A DNA stretch of 64,000 nucleotides from Candidatus Nomurabacteria bacterium (GTDB lineage Bacteria; Patescibacteriota; Minisyncoccia; Phycocordibacterales; SBAW01). The notes under the pieces were generated by a model. It ran no database searches. It had not been told where the DNA came from and saw only the letters and a program-made list of their open reading frames with translations. The position numbers and the translations under genes are program-made. The stretch spans positions 92,864 through 156,863 of the forward strand of contig CALRFF010000001.1 in NCBI GenBank assembly GCA_943356495.1, in the 5' to 3' direction. Below, piece by piece: positions 19,016 through 28,183 of the stretch. Every line of letters begins with the position of its first letter. Positions within the stretch are counted from its first letter, which is position 1.

Positions 19016-20674
19016 CTATCTTACAGGCAAGTCGAGTTTAGCAATAGCGTCGGCGAAGGTGAGGCCGACTTTTTTGCCGGGGTTAAATATGTTGTGCGGA
19101 TCGAAGATTTTCTTAACCTCTATAAACAGCGCCAGCATCTCGGGGCCGAACATCTTTCCTACATACGGGGTACGGATAAGGCCGTCGTTATGCTCGCCGG
19201 AAATAGAGCCGCGATACTCCACCACTAAGTCGTACACTTTGTGCGACAGCTCGTCTATAACGCGCACGGTATCGGCGCGGGTCGGGTCAACCAGCGGAAT
19301 GATATGGAAGTTGCCGTCCCCCACATGGCCCGCCACCGTATACACCAAATCGTATGTTGAAAGGATTTTTTCGAGCTTGGGCAAAAACTCGGGTAAGGTT
19401 GCGGGCGGCACCACGAAGTCGTCGATAAACGGCGCGGTGCGTTTGCCCCGTATTTTTTTCCACAGCAGGTTAAAGCTTTCGCGCCGCACAGCCCAGTACT
19501 TGCGCGCTGCGGCCTCGTTTTTTGCAACGCGTACTTTTTCGTGTGTCTGATTGTTCCGCACTTCGGCCGCAAGGGCTTCGGCCTTCTGCAGCGCTTCTGC
19601 CTGCGTGTCGGCCCTAAACTCTACTATCAGGACTAATTTCGGTATGCCGCCGGTCAGTGCCATCCACAGCTCGGGCAAAAACGACAACCCCAAGCTAAAC
19701 ATCCCCGCCTTCATTTGCGTCGCCAGCTCGGGCAAGTACTTCATCGCGATACTAAACGTATGGTCGTCGTACGACTCGAAGCTGTCGGGCTGGTACTTAA
19801 GCACTTCCGGCACCAACACGCCAAGTTGTGAAAGATTTTTTACAAAAATAACCGTCATGGCGGCAAACGGCTTAGGATGCACCAGTTTATATTTTATTTT
19901 GGTAATAATCCCGAGCGTGCCCTGCGCCCCGACCATTAGCCGCGCAAGATTAAGGTTGCGTACACCGTCGCCGATGTCCCACAGCGCGTAGCCGGAGGAA
20001 TTTTTTTCCACATACGGCTTATTTTTTTCTATCACTGCGGCGTGCACGGGCGTCGCTACCAGCGCGCTTACGCGCCGGTACAGGTCGCCTTCGTAACCAG
20101 CTTCGGCAAGTTTTGCCGTAAGCGCGTCGCCGAACAGGTTTTTAAACGTATGCGGCTTGCCGTCGGCAAGCACTACTTCCATTTCTTCCGCGTAGCGCGC
20201 GGTCTTGCCGTACTGTAAGTTTTTTTCGCCGCCGGAGTTGTTGGCCGCCATCCCGCCCACGGTGTTTAGCTCGCGGCTGGCGGTGTAGCTCGGCAGCTCT
20301 AAGTCTTTCTTTTTTGTCTCTTTGTCAAAATCCCTAAAATACATCCCCGGTTCAACCATTGCGTAGTCTTCCCCCAACTCGAGCAGCTTATTAAGGTGCG
20401 CCGTAGTATCCAGAATAATCGAGTCGTTAAGCGGCCCGCCGGACATGTCGGTGCCCGCCGCCCGCGCGGTTATCGAGAGGCTAGACTTGGGCGTCTCTTT
20501 GGCTTTAGCGACATAGGCCACTGCGGCGCAGACGTCGGCCACATCGAGCGGTCGCACCACTACTTGCGGCAGCACCCTAAACAGGCTGGCATCACGAGAA
20601 TTCTTTTCTAACGTTGCGGGGGTGTCATCAACTTCTCCACGCACCACAGCCCGCAGATCCTCCGACAAAGACAT
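19016..20674 (-). CDS. FAD-linked oxidoreductase (GlcD/D-lactate dehydrogenase-like)
   Basis: 'RAAGTDMSG', 'TVGGMAANNSGG', 'GHVGDGNFH', 'SGEHNDG', 'FDP.NIFNPGK'. Confidence 0.9.
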   Translation of the reverse strand: MSLSEDLRAVVRGEVDDTPATLEKNSRDASLFRVLPQVVVRPLDVADVCAAVAYVAKAKETPKSSLSITARAAGTDMSGGPLNDSIILDTTAHLNKLLELGEDYAMVEPGMYFRDFDKETKKKDLELPSYTASRELNTVGGMAANNSGGEKNLQYGKTARYAEEMEVVLADGKPHTFKNLFGDALTAKLAEAGYEGDLYRRVSALVATPVHAAVIEKNKPYVEKNSSGYALWDIGDGVRNLNLARLMVGAQGTLGIITKIKYKLVHPKPFAAMTVIFVKNLSQLGVLVPEVLKYQPDSFESYDDHTFSIAMKYLPELATQMKAGMFSLGLSFLPELWMALTGGIPKLVLIVEFRADTQAEALQKAEALAAEVRNNQTHEKVRVAKNEAAARKYWAVRRESFNLLWKKIRGKRTAPFIDDFVVPPATLPEFLPKLEKILSTYDLVYTVAGHVGDGNFHIIPLVDPTRADTVRVIDELSHKVYDLVVEYRGSISGEHNDGLIRTPYVGKMFGPEMLALFIEVKKIFDPHNIFNPGKKVGLTFADAIAKLDLPVR

Positions 20675-20712
20675 GCGGTAATTGTACAACTAAAAGCACG
20701 CGCCGTTGCCGT

Positions 20713-20865
20713 TTATCCTATCGGGTTTTCTCCGCGGATAAGCCGCACCAAGACCATAATAATCGCCACCACTAAAAGAAGGTGTATGAACCCGTTAATA
20801 GTCGCGCCGGTGACAAGCCCGAGGAGCCACAAAATAACAAGTACGGCTGCAATAGTTACTAACAT
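20713..20865 (-). CDS. lmo0937-family (DUF5670-like) small membrane protein, 50 aa, not in the ORF track
   Basis: MLVTIAAVLVILWLLGLVTGATINGFIHLLLVVAIIMVLVRLIRGENPIG*. Confidence 0.85.
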   Translation of the reverse strand: MLVTIAAVLVILWLLGLVTGATINGFIHLLLVVAIIMVLVRLIRGENPIG

Positions 20866-21012
20866 ATAAGTGTAAAAGCTACGTATAACTGTTAAGCACT
20901 CATTGTCGCCTTTTACTGCTGAGGTTTATATGAAGTAGCTCTGCACAGTTAAAAACGGCAACGGCCCCAGCTACCTGGGGCCGTTTTTTATTGCCGGCTG
21001 AGTATCAGCTTT

Positions 21013-21144
21013 CTAGAATTTACCGATTGAGTCGGCGTCTTTTTCTTTTTGTTTTTTCTCTTTTTCGGCCTTCTCATCCATGACCTTCGTATCCGCGTCT
21101 TTTTGCTCCTGCCCGTTGTGCTTCTTGTCGTCGTTGTATTCCAT
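21013..21144 (-). CDS. Small highly charged hypothetical protein (43 aa)
   Basis: MEYNDDKKHNGQEQKDADTKVMDEKAEKEKKQKEKDADSIGKF*; hairpin downstream at about 20962-20983. Confidence 0.5.
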   Translation of the reverse strand: MEYNDDKKHNGQEQKDADTKVMDEKAEKEKKQKEKDADSIGKF

Positions 21145-21232
21145 ATATATCTTTAAGATAGTGATAGGGATAATGCTCGACCATAGCAAAGCGTAGCAGA
21201 GCTCGTATGAACCCAAGCTGAAGCGTACGTAT

Positions 21233-22096
21233 CTAGGGGTTATAGGTAGTAGAGAGCGAGTTAGACGGCACATTGCCGTGCTCGGCCGAGCTATGCACCA
21301 TATCGGCGGGGATGATAAGAGTCACTGCCCCGGGCGCTACCGGCGTAACGGTAAAAGAGTAGTTTCTCCCGTCCATCGGCGCGATGGTCTGCACATTGGA
21401 AATAATGGCATTAGTAACGGACACATCCCCGCTGGAAAAGTCATCCACCGCGACCGTACTGTTAAGCGTTACGGTAAACGCGCCACTGACCGAGGTCGGC
21501 AACGGATCGGGCGCGAGCGCTAAGTGAGGCTGGAGCGAATCGTACTCTACGCTATGTTGGGCCGCGGTATTGCCCGCGCCGTCAATGTCATGCACTTCGT
21601 TTGCATCTATGCTGACCGTTACCACATCATTGTCGGTGGGTGTTACAAAAAAACTGTACACCGACTCACTAACCGCAAACAAGCCGCTGATAAACCCGCG
21701 CACCACCGACAAACTCGATTGGGTAAAGTCGATAACGCTGCGCGAAAAGGTAATAGTAAACGGTATAGGCGACTGAGCGGTCGGGCTCGAGGCGCTTGAA
21801 GTAAGCGTCGCTACAACGGTCGAGTGTATAAACGGCAAGAAAGAAAATCCGTCGAACGCAAACCCGCCCCCGCCCGGCGGGGCCGGACTTTCCAGCTCGG
21901 TGGTTACTTTGTACTCTTTGCCGTCGCTCCAATACTGGTACGACTAGGTGGGCGAAGAGTTGCAGTCCTGCGCGGGGTCGCGCGGCATTGTTTCGGTAAA
22001 GCGCGAGGCCCAGTTAAAGTCGGTACCGTCGGGTATCCAGTTTGCTCCGGTGTTTCCGCAGTCGCTCACCCAGTCGGTCGCTATGGGGTAGTAGCC
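21233..22096 (-). pseudogene. Broken pilin/pseudopilin (GspG-like head) plus two Ig-like domains; 5' truncated with an internal TAG
   Basis: Frame reads GYYP...WIPDG...MPRDP...PT*SYQYWSDGKEYKVTTELES then two Ig repeats; TAG at 21944-21946; no start codon or N-terminal pilin helix upstream. Confidence 0.65.
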
Positions 22097-22737
22097 TTAA
22101 GCGCCCCTTGGTGGTGGCTGCTCCACGCAAACAAAGCCGCCGCGGCGGCGGCGGCCACATTAAGCGACTCGGCGCGCGGGTGCATAGGCACCGCAAGCGA
22201 GGTGTCTACCAGCGGCCGCACTGCTGCAGGAAGCCCTGCCCCTTCATTGCCCAAGACAAAAACCGTGGGTGTAGGAAATGTCTCCCCCGCAAGCGCGGTA
22301 GAGGCGCCCTGTTCGAGCGCCGCGACAGTAAAGCCACGTTTGCGCAAATCGCTGAGCGTCTGTTGATAACCGCCGATCATAACGAGCGGGACCCGAAACG
22401 CCATACCGGCCGAAACTTTTAACACGGTGTCGCTGATAGGCGCCTGCCCAACCTCGGGCATCAACACACCGGCCGCGCCAAAGGCCGCCGCCGAGCGGAT
22501 AATCGTGCCCACATTGTGCGGATCTTCAATACCGGCAAGCAGCACGAGCAATGTATCGGGCGTAACCGCAAGCGAACTTACAAAGTCTTCGTAGTTGCGC
22601 ACCAACTTATGCAGCGATATCTGCGCCAAGGGGTTACCCCGCTCGTCGGTAAACACCTTAAGCACCGCCTGCGGTGCGTACTGCTGGGCCTGCGTTACGG
22701 CATGCTTGCCGTGTGCATATGTCTTCGTGCGCTTCAT
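22081..22737 (-). CDS. TrmH/SpoU-family RNA methyltransferase (RlmB-like)
   Basis: 'EDPHNVGTIIRSA', 'VLGNEGAGL', 'ESLNVAAA'. Confidence 0.92.
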   Translation of the reverse strand: MKRTKTYAHGKHAVTQAQQYAPQAVLKVFTDERGNPLAQISLHKLVRNYEDFVSSLAVTPDTLLVLLAGIEDPHNVGTIIRSAAAFGAAGVLMPEVGQAPISDTVLKVSAGMAFRVPLVMIGGYQQTLSDLRKRGFTVAALEQGASTALAGETFPTPTVFVLGNEGAGLPAAVRPLVDTSLAVPMHPRAESLNVAAAAAAALFAWSSHHQGALKATTP

Positions 22738-22817
22738 GAGGCCACTATAGCCCCCTTTACGCGGAAAAGAAAATGCCGCCCCTTGCGGAGCGGCATGTTC
22801 TTGCAACGGAGCGACGC

Positions 22818-23015
22818 TTACGCGCGGCTAACGTTGACGGCGCTGAGCCCCTTCGGGCCTTCCTGAACTTCAAACGAGACGGTCTCGCCTTGTTTAAGCT
22901 CATCGAAAGTAACGCCATTGAGATCCTTTGAATGGAAGAAAAGGTCCTTCGCCTCGCCTTCGCGAGAGATGAAACCGAATCCGCGATCCGTCAGGGTCTT
23001 GATGGTACCTGTCAT
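22818..23015 (-). CDS. Cold-shock protein
   Basis: 'RGFGFI' RNP1, 'LFFHS' RNP2, 'GPKG..A.NV'. Confidence 0.95.
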   Translation of the reverse strand: MTGTIKTLTDRGFGFISREGEAKDLFFHSKDLNGVTFDELKQGETVSFEVQEGPKGLSAVNVSRA

Positions 23016-23112
23016 ATCTTTGATTGTTGTTTTTTGCTTTGGAGAAATCCGACCCGCTTTCTTTAGTCTCTTAAGACTCCCCTATTATAGCACCTAAGCC
23101 CCGCGCTGTCCA

Positions 23113-24366
23113 CTACTGCCCTGTTTTACGTTGCCCTGCAACGGTTCCTGCCACATACCCGCTCGACCAGCACAACTGGAGCGAGTAACCGCCCGAGGGG
23201 CGTGATATATGCAACAAATCGCCGGTTATAAACAAATTATCTATCTTTTTTGAGCACATAGTTTTAAGGTCCATCTCGGTTAACAGCACGCCGCCGTCCG
23301 CTACGACCGCGCGGTCAAAACCCATCAACCCTTCAATGGTCAGCGGCAAGTGTTTGAGCGTACGCGCAAGTACTTTGCGCTCCTCGCGCGAGACCGAGTG
23401 TACTTTTTTATTTGCCGTCTCCACAGGTATCAGCAGCGACACACCACGGCTTGCGCCCTCAGGTACCAGCAGACGCAAGACATTTTTGAGCGTCTTATTT
23501 TTGTTGGCGTCAAAGACACTGAGTATCTGTTTTTCGAGCGCACCTTGGTCGAGCTTGGGGTACAGATCTACAGCGGCTGTTACTACACCACTATGCAGCA
23601 AGTCGGCCACTGCACCTGCACTATTTAGCACTGTGGGGCCCGAGATACCAAAATGGGTACACAAAATTTTTCCCTCTTTAGAAAACGCCTTCTTGCCATT
23701 GCTATAAAACGTCAACCGCACATTGGGGAGCGTAATACCTTTAAGTGTCTTTACCCACGGCTCGCTTACGCGCAGCGGTACAATGGTCGGGGTCGGTGGC
23801 ACTATGCTATGCCCAAGCGCCTTAAGCCACACAAAGCCATCGCCGGTCGAGCCTGTTTCTGGGTGAGAGACGCCACCGGTTGCGAGTATAAAATTTTTTG
23901 CAGTATACGTGTGCGTGCCGCACTCGACCCCCTCGATACAACCCCCTTGTGCAACAATACGTGTAACCGCCGCACCGGTTTTTATAGTAACGCCGCCTTT
24001 TTGCGCATAGGCGCGCAGCGTATCTACCACGGTTGCCGCGCGCATGGTGTTGGGGAAGGTGCGTTTGTTAGCCTCGACCACCAAGGGCAGGCCGCGGGAC
24101 TCAAAAAAACTAAACGTGTCCTCTACCCCAAACTGGGCAAACAACGAATACAAAAACGGCTCGGCCTTGCCGTAGGCTTTAAGCAGCAACCGCTCGTCTT
24201 TTTCGGCATTAGTAATATTGCAACGCCCGCCGCCCGAGATAGCAAGCTTGGCTCCTACTTTTTTATTTTTCTCCAACACCAGCACACGCGCGCCGAGCTC
24301 GGCCGCGCGACCGGCCGCTATAAGCCCTGCCGCGCCGCCTCCGATGACGATAACGTCGTAGGTCAT
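23113..24366 (-). CDS. HI0933/BaiN-family flavoprotein
   Basis: 'GGGAAG', 'ISGGGRCNITN', 'ATGG.S.P.TGSTGDG', 'GGYSLQ..WSSG'. Confidence 0.93.
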   Translation of the reverse strand: MTYDVIVIGGGAAGLIAAGRAAELGARVLVLEKNKKVGAKLAISGGGRCNITNAEKDERLLLKAYGKAEPFLYSLFAQFGVEDTFSFFESRGLPLVVEANKRTFPNTMRAATVVDTLRAYAQKGGVTIKTGAAVTRIVAQGGCIEGVECGTHTYTAKNFILATGGVSHPETGSTGDGFVWLKALGHSIVPPTPTIVPLRVSEPWVKTLKGITLPNVRLTFYSNGKKAFSKEGKILCTHFGISGPTVLNSAGAVADLLHSGVVTAAVDLYPKLDQGALEKQILSVFDANKNKTLKNVLRLLVPEGASRGVSLLIPVETANKKVHSVSREERKVLARTLKHLPLTIEGLMGFDRAVVADGGVLLTEMDLKTMCSKKIDNLFITGDLLHISRPSGGYSLQLCWSSGYVAGTVAGQRKTGQ

Positions 24367-24368
24367 AG

Positions 24369-25820
24369 TTACTTTCCCAAATCGAGCACTTCGTCGATGC
24401 GGATTTTTTCTACAAAGTCGGGCACGTGCGAGACCAGTATCATCGGCCCTTCAAAGTTGCTTAACGCCTCGGCAATAACCGGCAAGTGGCGAAAGTTAAT
24501 ATGGTTCGTCGGTTCGTCGAGTATCAGGAGCCCCGGTTTAAGTAGCACCAAACGGGCAAAGGCTACCAAGCCTTTTTGGCCTTCGGAAAGCGTCCCGATT
24601 TTAGAATGGAAGATTTCCCCACTCAGTAAAAATCCTGACGCGACTTTGCGGACATCCTCCTCTATCGGGCGGTACACCACCGCCGCAAGTTCTTGGTACA
24701 CCGTCTTATTAAAGTCGAGGTTTGAGAAGTCCTGCCGATAGTAGCCGATGCGAACGCCGTCGCTGAGAGTGGCGCCTTTGGCCGTGCCCTCGGCAAGCGA
24801 TTGCAGGAGCGTTGTCTTGCCGATGCCGTTGGGGCCCGCAAGAAGCAGGTGGTCGCCTTTGCGCAGGGACACCTTTACTTTGCGCTGCACGGCCTTATGC
24901 TTTTGTACCACCGCAAGCGACGTGATATTTAAAATTTCCCCCACCAAGCCGTCTTGGAATGGGATACGGAATGAACGTATCGCTTTGTCCTCTTTGCGGA
25001 CGTCTACCTTTTCTTCCTCAAGTTCGGCGGCCTTTTCGCGCATGCGCTTGGCAACCATGCGCATTTGGCCGCCCTTGTTGGCAAAAAAGTTCGCCTTGTC
25101 TTTGTTTTCCTGTATCTCTTTGGCAAGCAGGGCATTTTTGCGGTTTTCCTTTTCTATACGGGCGGAAATTTCCGCCACTACGTCAAAGTAGTTGCCCACA
25201 TACTGCTCGACCTTATGCGTATGTACATCAAGGTACAAGACGCCCTGCGTAAACGCATTTAAAAACTCGGCGTCGTGGGAAATGACGATAAGCGTCTTTT
25301 TGTACTCGACCAAAAACTTGGTTAGATGCGCAATACCCTCTTTGTCGAGGTTGTTGGTCGGCTCGTCGAGTAACAGAAGATCCGGGTCTTGTATAAGCGC
25401 CTGCGCCAAAAGCAGCCGCGCCTGCTGCCCGCCGGAAAAAGTCCCTATAGTACGGTCATGCGGCGCCGCCAAGTTAACCACCTCGAGTACTGCATCTATC
25501 TTGGGGTCGATATTGTATACCTTTTTGGTAAACGCTTTTTCAAAAAACTCACGCACCGTAAGCGTCATATCCTCGCGCGGTATAACCTGTCGCGCGGTCG
25601 CTACACTAAGGCCATGCGCCATAATTATTTTGCCGTCCTCGGGGTGGTAGGTACCGGTCATGAGACCAAAAATAGTGCTCTTCCCCGCGCCATTTTGGCC
25701 CATAAAGGTTATCTTGGTGCCGCGGCGCACCGAAAAATCCACCTCATGGAGGATCGGTTTTTTGACTCCGAAGTCAAAAGAGACACGTTCAAAACGCACT
25801 ATTACTTCGCCTCGCTGCAT
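24369..25820 (-). CDS. ABC-F family ATPase
   Basis: Two ABC domains (GQNGAGKS, GPNGIGKT), LDEPTN twice, no TMs. Confidence 0.92.
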   Translation of the reverse strand: MQRGEVIVRFERVSFDFGVKKPILHEVDFSVRRGTKITFMGQNGAGKSTIFGLMTGTYHPEDGKIIMAHGLSVATARQVIPREDMTLTVREFFEKAFTKKVYNIDPKIDAVLEVVNLAAPHDRTIGTFSGGQQARLLLAQALIQDPDLLLLDEPTNNLDKEGIAHLTKFLVEYKKTLIVISHDAEFLNAFTQGVLYLDVHTHKVEQYVGNYFDVVAEISARIEKENRKNALLAKEIQENKDKANFFANKGGQMRMVAKRMREKAAELEEEKVDVRKEDKAIRSFRIPFQDGLVGEILNITSLAVVQKHKAVQRKVKVSLRKGDHLLLAGPNGIGKTTLLQSLAEGTAKGATLSDGVRIGYYRQDFSNLDFNKTVYQELAAVVYRPIEEDVRKVASGFLLSGEIFHSKIGTLSEGQKGLVAFARLVLLKPGLLILDEPTNHINFRHLPVIAEALSNFEGPMILVSHVPDFVEKIRIDEVLDLGK

Positions 25821-25872
25821 CAACACACCTTAGCACGCTCTTTACATTGTTGCGAATTTGTTTCTTTGCCGT

Positions 25873-26316
25873 TTACGCGTGATGGTACTTACCCCCGTCG
25901 ATAATAGTACCCGCGCGATACAACTGCTCGATAAGTAACAAGCGCGCCAGCATATGCGGAAATACTAAAGAAGAAAGTTTGAGCGTCGCGTTGGCGCGCG
26001 CCGCCACGTGTTTGCTTACGCCAAACGCGCCGCCTATAACAAATACCAGCCGCTTAGTAGCCGCCTGTAGTTGCTTGTCGAGCAATGCGGCAACACCGGG
26101 TGTGTCTATGTCTTTGCCGCGTTCGTCGAGCAAAACGACAAAATCACTCTCTTTTATTTGTTTTAGAACCGCCGCGCCCTCCGCCTCTTTGTCCGCCGCA
26201 GACGGAAACACCCATGCAAGCGAAAACTTTTTGCTCAGGCGCTTTTGATACTCGGCAACGCCCTCCGCTACAGTAGCGTCGTGCGCCTTGCCCGGCGAGA
26301 TGATTAAAATTTTCAT
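25873..26316 (-). CDS. rlmH: 23S rRNA pseudouridine-1915 N3-methyltransferase
   Basis: 'LDERG', 'FVIGGAFG', 'LS.L.FPH...R..L.EQLYRA','YHH'. Confidence 0.95.
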   Translation of the reverse strand: MKILIISPGKAHDATVAEGVAEYQKRLSKKFSLAWVFPSAADKEAEGAAVLKQIKESDFVVLLDERGKDIDTPGVAALLDKQLQAATKRLVFVIGGAFGVSKHVAARANATLKLSSLVFPHMLARLLLIEQLYRAGTIIDGGKYHHA

Positions 26317-26552
26317 CTGCTTATTAAACTAAGTTTTTGCCTCCGCGACAAACGTTTGATAGCCGCCTCCCGCTTTGACGCAGAGGAACGGTCGGGGTGC
26401 TTTTCGGTGTACCTAATGTTCCTTGCACCACGGGCGCGGGTATAGTGGCCACCCGCACCCGCTTTATGCTCGGCAAGCCGGCGGCGAATGTCGGTAGTAA
26501 TCCCTGTGTACAACGACTTGTCGCCGCACTCTAATACGTACACAAAATACAT
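26313..26552 (-). CDS. GIY-YIG nuclease (UPF0213/YhbQ-like)
   Basis: 'YVLEC.D.SLYTG.TTD..RRL.EH..G.G..YTR', 'A.KRE..IK'. Confidence 0.9.
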   Translation of the reverse strand: MYFVYVLECGDKSLYTGITTDIRRRLAEHKAGAGGHYTRARGARNIRYTEKHPDRSSASKREAAIKRLSRRQKLSLISR

Positions 26553-26553
26553 T

Positions 26554-26967
26554 CTAGACGTAGATATAGAAAAGTATCGGCAATACCCAAAAAGACCAAT
26601 CGATAACACCCTTTTTAAGGTGCTGGCCGTATCGCTTGGGGTGCAAGTAAAACTCTTGGAAGGTTAGTGCCACAATAGCGGTGTAGAGTAAAAAGTACAG
26701 CGCGACTTCACTCCCGAAAAAGTTTTTTGCCAAAAAGGTTGCAAGCACAATAAAGATAATTGACCCCGCAAAGTGGAAGGTCTGCCGGTACAAGGTAAGC
26801 TTGTATCCCATCCGCCCGGCACCGTTCTTTTTTAAGGCACGCGCAACGGCCTTTTGGTACGAACGCATGCCCCTAATGCGTCGGCCGTTAATTTCGTTGG
26901 CAAACGGATAAAAATGGTCGGGCAAGGTTACAAACAGCCAATATATGTTGCCTATCAAATGGCTCAT
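26554..26967 (-). CDS. Hypothetical membrane protein
   Basis: ORF with TM helices; TATACT 7 nt before the ATG. Confidence 0.65.
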   Translation of the reverse strand: MSHLIGNIYWLFVTLPDHFYPFANEINGRRIRGMRSYQKAVARALKKNGAGRMGYKLTLYRQTFHFAGSIIFIVLATFLAKNFFGSEVALYFLLYTAIVALTFQEFYLHPKRYGQHLKKGVIDWSFWVLPILFYIYV

Positions 26968-27052
26968 CTCTATAAGTATAGCTTGGTAAAATATCCCCTT
27001 ATTGGCTGTTTGGCACGAAGTTGGAACCATTACAGCAAAAGAAAAAGGCCGC

Positions 27053-27406
27053 CTAACTGGCGGCCTCAACCCAACGCGGTTGGATAGTGGTCCTACCGAC
27101 CATCTTTTCCATTTGCTTGTATCCTTCGCGGGAGAACGCATTGATACGCCGGCCTTTAAGGAGTACCTCCGCCGTCAGCTGGCCGCGCGCCTCGTGCTCC
27201 ATCATGTCGTGCAAGCTCAAGTGATGCACGTCCATAGGCTCACCCACCGGCTCTCCTTCATCTTTCACCATACGGAAAGGCATGGGCTCGTTTTTCCATC
27301 GGCGACGGCGGTATTCGACCCAAAGCACAAAGCGCATAAGACGACTCTTTTTGTACCCTTGTGCAAAGGTATCAATTTCCTCGGACAGTTGTTCAAAGTA
27401 GCCCAT
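27053..27406 (-). CDS. Orphan hypothetical protein
   Basis: GGGGAGG SD; terminator AGGCCGCC..GGCGGCCTTTTT overlapping the stop. Confidence 0.65.
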   Translation of the reverse strand: MGYFEQLSEEIDTFAQGYKKSRLMRFVLWVEYRRRRWKNEPMPFRMVKDEGEPVGEPMDVHHLSLHDMMEHEARGQLTAEVLLKGRRINAFSREGYKQMEKMVGRTTIQPRWVEAAS

Positions 27407-27469
27407 TGCCACCTCCCCTTAGTCAATTACAACTAAGACGAGACTACAGTAAAGTAACCAAAAAGTCAC

Positions 27470-27543
27470 TGGCTGGGGGACTAGGAATCGAACCTAGATT
27501 CACGGCTTCAAAGGCCGCTGTCCTACCGTTAGACGATCCCCCA
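27470..27543 (-). tRNA. tRNA-Gln(TTG), CCA encoded
   Basis: TGGGGGA stem; GCGGC-CTTTGAA-GCCGT anticodon arm. Confidence 0.93.
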
Positions 27544-27611
27544 ATGTATCTACAATACCGCTTGATAGTAGCGCAATTTGTTGCATAAAAAAAGCGCTCC
27601 CGGAGGAGCGC

Positions 27612-28148
27612 TTAGACGAAGTGGCAGACCGGAGAGTTGGTGTCCGCAAGCAGGTCGTTGTTCTGGAAGAGGAACAACCGCACCCCTTTTGCCCTGCCTG
27701 TTGCCATACAAAGCTCATACAACTCCTCGCCCTGCACCTTGCGGTAGGAGTAGTCTGGGCATTCGACCGCAATAGTGCCGCCGGTGTTGATGACTTTGTC
27801 GACACGCTCGGCTGCAATGGCAAGTGCCTCCGTCCTCAGCTCGTCCATCTCGACAGCAAGCTTTTTGCTTTTTCTGTCGAGGAACCACCGGCGGATGGGG
27901 CCGACGACAGCATACGCCTCCCGCACCTCCTCGTGCTCCCGCCACAGGGCGGCGGCGCGCAACATAAAGTCGGTGACAAACCCGTGTTCGTCATAAAATC
28001 TGACGCAGGTTTTGATAGGCAAGCCGTCAGCCCGCTGCTCGTGGCACTCGACCAGCATGGTGTTAAGCAACCCGCTCATCGACACACGAAAGAACTCTGC
28101 CTGCACCACGTTGGGCCCACGCAGGGTAACTCGCGGTATGTGTAGCAT
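27612..28148 (-). CDS. Orphan hypothetical protein
   Basis: GGGGAGG SD; terminator AAGCGCTCC..GGAGCGCTTTTTTT at the stop. Confidence 0.7.
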   Translation of the reverse strand: MLHIPRVTLRGPNVVQAEFFRVSMSGLLNTMLVECHEQRADGLPIKTCVRFYDEHGFVTDFMLRAAALWREHEEVREAYAVVGPIRRWFLDRKSKKLAVEMDELRTEALAIAAERVDKVINTGGTIAVECPDYSYRKVQGEELYELCMATGRAKGVRLFLFQNNDLLADTNSPVCHFV

Positions 28149-28183
28149 TTTTGCCTCCCCTTATTGCTGCGTCTAGCAAAAAC

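Noticed and set aside
21944-21946. Stop-codon recoding (TAG read-through or alternative genetic code)
   Set aside because: TAG, TGA and TAA all terminate conserved genes here (topA and rpmG TAG, cydA TGA); the gene is also 5' truncated, so decay or error is simpler.
26313-26552. GIY-YIG protein as a homing endonuclease or mobile element
   Set aside because: It is a short stand-alone UPF0213-type protein with no intron or element boundaries.
27053-28148. Prophage or integrative element around tRNA-Gln
   Set aside because: Orphans flank both sides, but no integrase, phage gene or duplicated tRNA 3' end was seen.
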